A stretch of 64,000 bases of DNA from Okamejei kenojei (taxonomy: Eukaryota): assembly GCA_035221665.1 (NCBI GenBank), contig CM069155.1, positions 29,760,001 through 29,824,000 on the forward strand, read 5' to 3'. The translations under genes and the position numbers were made by a program. Below the pieces are notes generated by a model. The model had not been told where the DNA came from. It searched no databases and saw only the letters and a list, made by a program, of their open reading frames with translations. Below, in pieces: positions 60,820-64,000 of this stretch. How positions within the stretch are numbered: the stretch's first letter is position 1; each line of letters starts with the position of its first letter.

Positions 60820-63800
60820 CTTAACCAAACGTGTGGTCGAGGTTGAGGAGTATTTAAACAAAAAAATTAAGCGGGTTGAAAAGGATTGTAATAAAAAGCT
60901 GGATGCAATGCTAAAATCTACTGAGGCGGCTATGGAAGGAATGGACAAAATGATAACTGAGATGGCTAAGGAGATAAAGAGACTATAGAAGGAACAAGAA
61001 AGCACTGGGAGGGAGCTTGCTAAAATGAAGCATAAATGTACGGACTTGGAAGCAAGATCAAGGAGGCAAAATTTAAGGATACTTGGAGTTAAAGAGGGAA
61101 AGGAGAGTGGACAAAACTTTCAGGGGTTTGCTGCCAACTTACTCAAACAAGTACTTAAACTGCCTGAAGCCCCGAGAATAGATATGGCTCATCGGGTCCG
61201 ACGTAAGGCTCAAGCAAGCTTAACTGCCCCCCCCCCCCCCCCCCCCAAGACAGATTATTCTGAAATTCTATGACATTTCAACCCTGGAAGGAATTATGAA
61301 AAATATTCCATATGGTGTGAATTTGATGTTTGGAGAAGACAAACTAAGATTCTTCCGTGATTTTCCAGCTGAAGTAATGGAAAAGAGGGACAAGTTTACA
61401 AACACGAGAAGGCTACTGAAAGAGGTCTCGGGAGTAAGATATAGGATAGTATATTCCGCGAAATTGAGAATTACTTATAACCATGTTGAACGTGCATTCA
61501 CGGATCCAGAAGAGGCATTTAAATATGCACAAAGTATCACAAAGGAGGACTACTGATCATTAGGAGTTGGTCTCCTACAATAACATCGAGGAGAAACGAC
61601 AAAGAAAGGATTGTGTCTCTTTTTTTTTAACATACAAAAAAGACTGCTCTTGTTAAAATGGCGAACCTTCCTCGAGGCGTTGTCCAGACATTTAGCTTTG
61701 GAATGTTAATTCAAGGTCGGATTTTATGTTTCATCTCAACAAAGGATTGACAAAGTAGAGAAACTGTGGCGGGGAAAATAAATTGAGAATATAGTGTAAT
61801 ATAGAATATTATCAGTGGACTTGTATATAGAAATTTATGATTTAAGAAACATATAATTACATACTAACATAAAATATAATTAATAACATTGTGTAATATT
61901 AAGGCATAGCTTAACTATAGCTGATGTTTATTTCATGATGTTAATTATTTGCTAATAAGAATAACGAGTTAAATACGATTGATAAGTATTAATAACATAC
62001 TAACACATTTTATGGATATAGTAGACCTAGTCTAGATTGTGCGTAAAGGGGGGGGGGGGAGGAGACTCAGATACTTGGAAGTTATCCAAGGGTCTGAATC
62101 TGGTTAACCTCTTGGAACCTGCTGTTGTCTGATACAAAAGTTTGAGACTTAATTGTAATAAATCTAGGCATATTGATAGATATGGATATATAATTAACAT
62201 AATTACTGTTATATCTACGTATATACTTAATGTTGGAAACTACTTTTTATTTTGTTTTTCCTCTTTGAAGATACATTTCTAATCTAGCTATTGGAGTATG
62301 TTTTATTTTATGTATATAATTTTGAACTTTGTATCGCTCTCTCTTCCAATTAATAATAATTGGTCAAGGGGGCAGAGCGAAACATATAAAAACATCTGTG
62401 GAAAACATCAATAAGAATTTTTCTACCACCTGTTGGTGGTTTGTTTTTAATTATGATATCTTTATTTTTGGATATTATAATATCACCTTTTGTTCGTTAA
62501 TTATCTTTTCACGACTCTACACTTTCTGGTCTTTTTCAAGGTTTATTCTGAAGGGGAGATGCCAACAAAACTTAACAGCTGGGGATGACCATCCTTTATC
62601 TGGAGTTATAAGGTTCTTGGTTGCACCATATGAAGTAAAGGTATTAACATGATTCATAATGCAAGACGATAAACAAAAGAAAACTGGAGGAATCACATTT
62701 TGTAGTTGGAATATAAGGGGCGCTAATGAACCAATTAAAAGGGGTGCGATCTTTGCCTAATTAAAAAGCCTTAAACAGTGACATTATTTTCTTACAAGTG
62801 ACGCATCTGAAATATCAAACACAGATAAGATTGAAGGCAAATTGAATTGGGCAAACATACTACTCTTCGTTTACTTCTAAATCTAGAGGCACGGCTATTA
62901 TCATTCGTAAAGGTATACCATTTAAATTAAAGAATACCATAGCAGATGAAGAGGGGAGATATGTCATAGTCATGGCAGAAATTTATTCTACTCCACTTAC
63001 TTTGATAAATATTTATGCTCCTAATTTTGACAACCCCCAATTCTTTAGTAAAATTTTGGATATAATTTCAGAACTTAATCATCAAAATCTGATAATAGGG
63101 GGAGATTTGAATTGTGTTTTAGATCCATATTTGGATAAATCAGCAAAACAAAAAAAGGACAAATATAAAATCTAAAACGAGTGAACTCCTAAATACATAC
63201 ATGAAAAATACTAATATAACAGATTCGCTAACCCAGTAGGTAGGGAATGTTAATTTTATTCAACAGTACATAAAACATATTCACGTATTGATTATTTCTT
63301 AGTGGACACAAAACTAATTCCATATACATATAATTCTAAATATCATAATAGTATTATTTCTGATCATTCCCCGTTAACTTTTTCTTTAAAATTAGCAGGA
63401 ATGCCTGATAAAAATTCGTTTTGGAGGTTTAACCCCCAAATTTTAAATAACTCACAAGGTTGCACATATTTAAAAGAGCAGATGAGATTCTTCTTTGTGA
63501 CAAATGATACACCAGATATTTCAACCTCCTTATTATGGGAAACTTTTAAGACATTTATTAGAGGAACTATAATCTCATATCAAGCTTTCCAAAATAAAAA
63601 GAATAATACTGAACAATTGCAGTTAGAACAAGAAATTAGACAATTAGATTTAGAAAATGTCAAAGAACCAACTATAGATAAACATAATAAGATAATAATA
63701 CTAAAATATAAATTAAATAAAATTTTATCGGCCAGAATAATAAGATTATTTCAAATTACAAAACAAGAAAATTTCGAATTTGGTGATAAACCTCATAAAC

Positions 63801-64000
63801 TCCTAGCACGCCAACTGAAAAAACGGGAAACAGAAAATACAATTACTAAAATTAAATCAGGCAAAGGGAATTACTAACACTACCTAAAAATATTAATAAA
63901 AGATTTGCTCAAATTTATCAAAACTTATATACATCGAAAACCTCTGCAAATAATACTCAAATTACAAATTTCTTAGATAAGCGTAATCTTCCAAAATTAA
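60820..64000 (+). mobile_element. L1 LINE 5' portion (ORF1 and ORF2 endonuclease), degenerate, runs off the window
   Basis: Coiled coil then DLEARSRRQNLRILGVKEG and LRFFRDF (ORF1); SWNIRG, NIYAPN, GGDLN, SDHSP, WRFN and WETFK (ORF2). Confidence 0.9.

Larger units (their letters stand above)
1..60820 (+). repeat. Tandem segmental duplication, ~14-kb core unit carrying one IgL cluster each
   Basis: Collinear paralogous blocks: 1-790 ~ 17990-18790 ~ 32900-33520 ~ 60470-60820; 8940-12340 ~ 25200-28560 ~ 53742-56720. Confidence 0.92.

Overview
This is vertebrate genomic DNA, most likely from a cartilaginous fish (skate/ray-type SINE, CR1 and palindromic repeats; species is inferred). The core is a tandem array of three immunoglobulin light-chain miniclusters on the + strand, with ATGs at 12341, 28563 and 56724. 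Each has a 49-nt leader exon, a 345-nt V-J exon already joined in the genome with no intervening RSS, and a 323-nt C exon resembling the elasmobranch lambda (type II) C domain. All three are in frame with canonical GT-AG sites. Each cluster sits in a roughly 14-kb duplicated unit, and the first ~0.8 kb of the window matches the downstream flank of a unit, implying another cluster to the left. The units have since been expanded by unit-specific insertions: L1s, young CR1s (one full-length with a Tx1 nested in ORF1), a 5'-deleted DIRS1 tyrosine-recombinase retrotransposon, and a hAT MITE in a J-C intron. The most notable points are: (1) the V has a long 7-residue CDR2 on a lambda-type C; (2) germline differences between the pre-joined V genes concentrate in CDRs and include tandem multi-nucleotide substitutions, reminiscent of shark-type hypermutation; (3) a conserved triple TGTACCGAGATA promoter repeat sits where no proximal octamer is seen; (4) there is a possible hAT excision footprint. 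All alignments and counts were done by eye.
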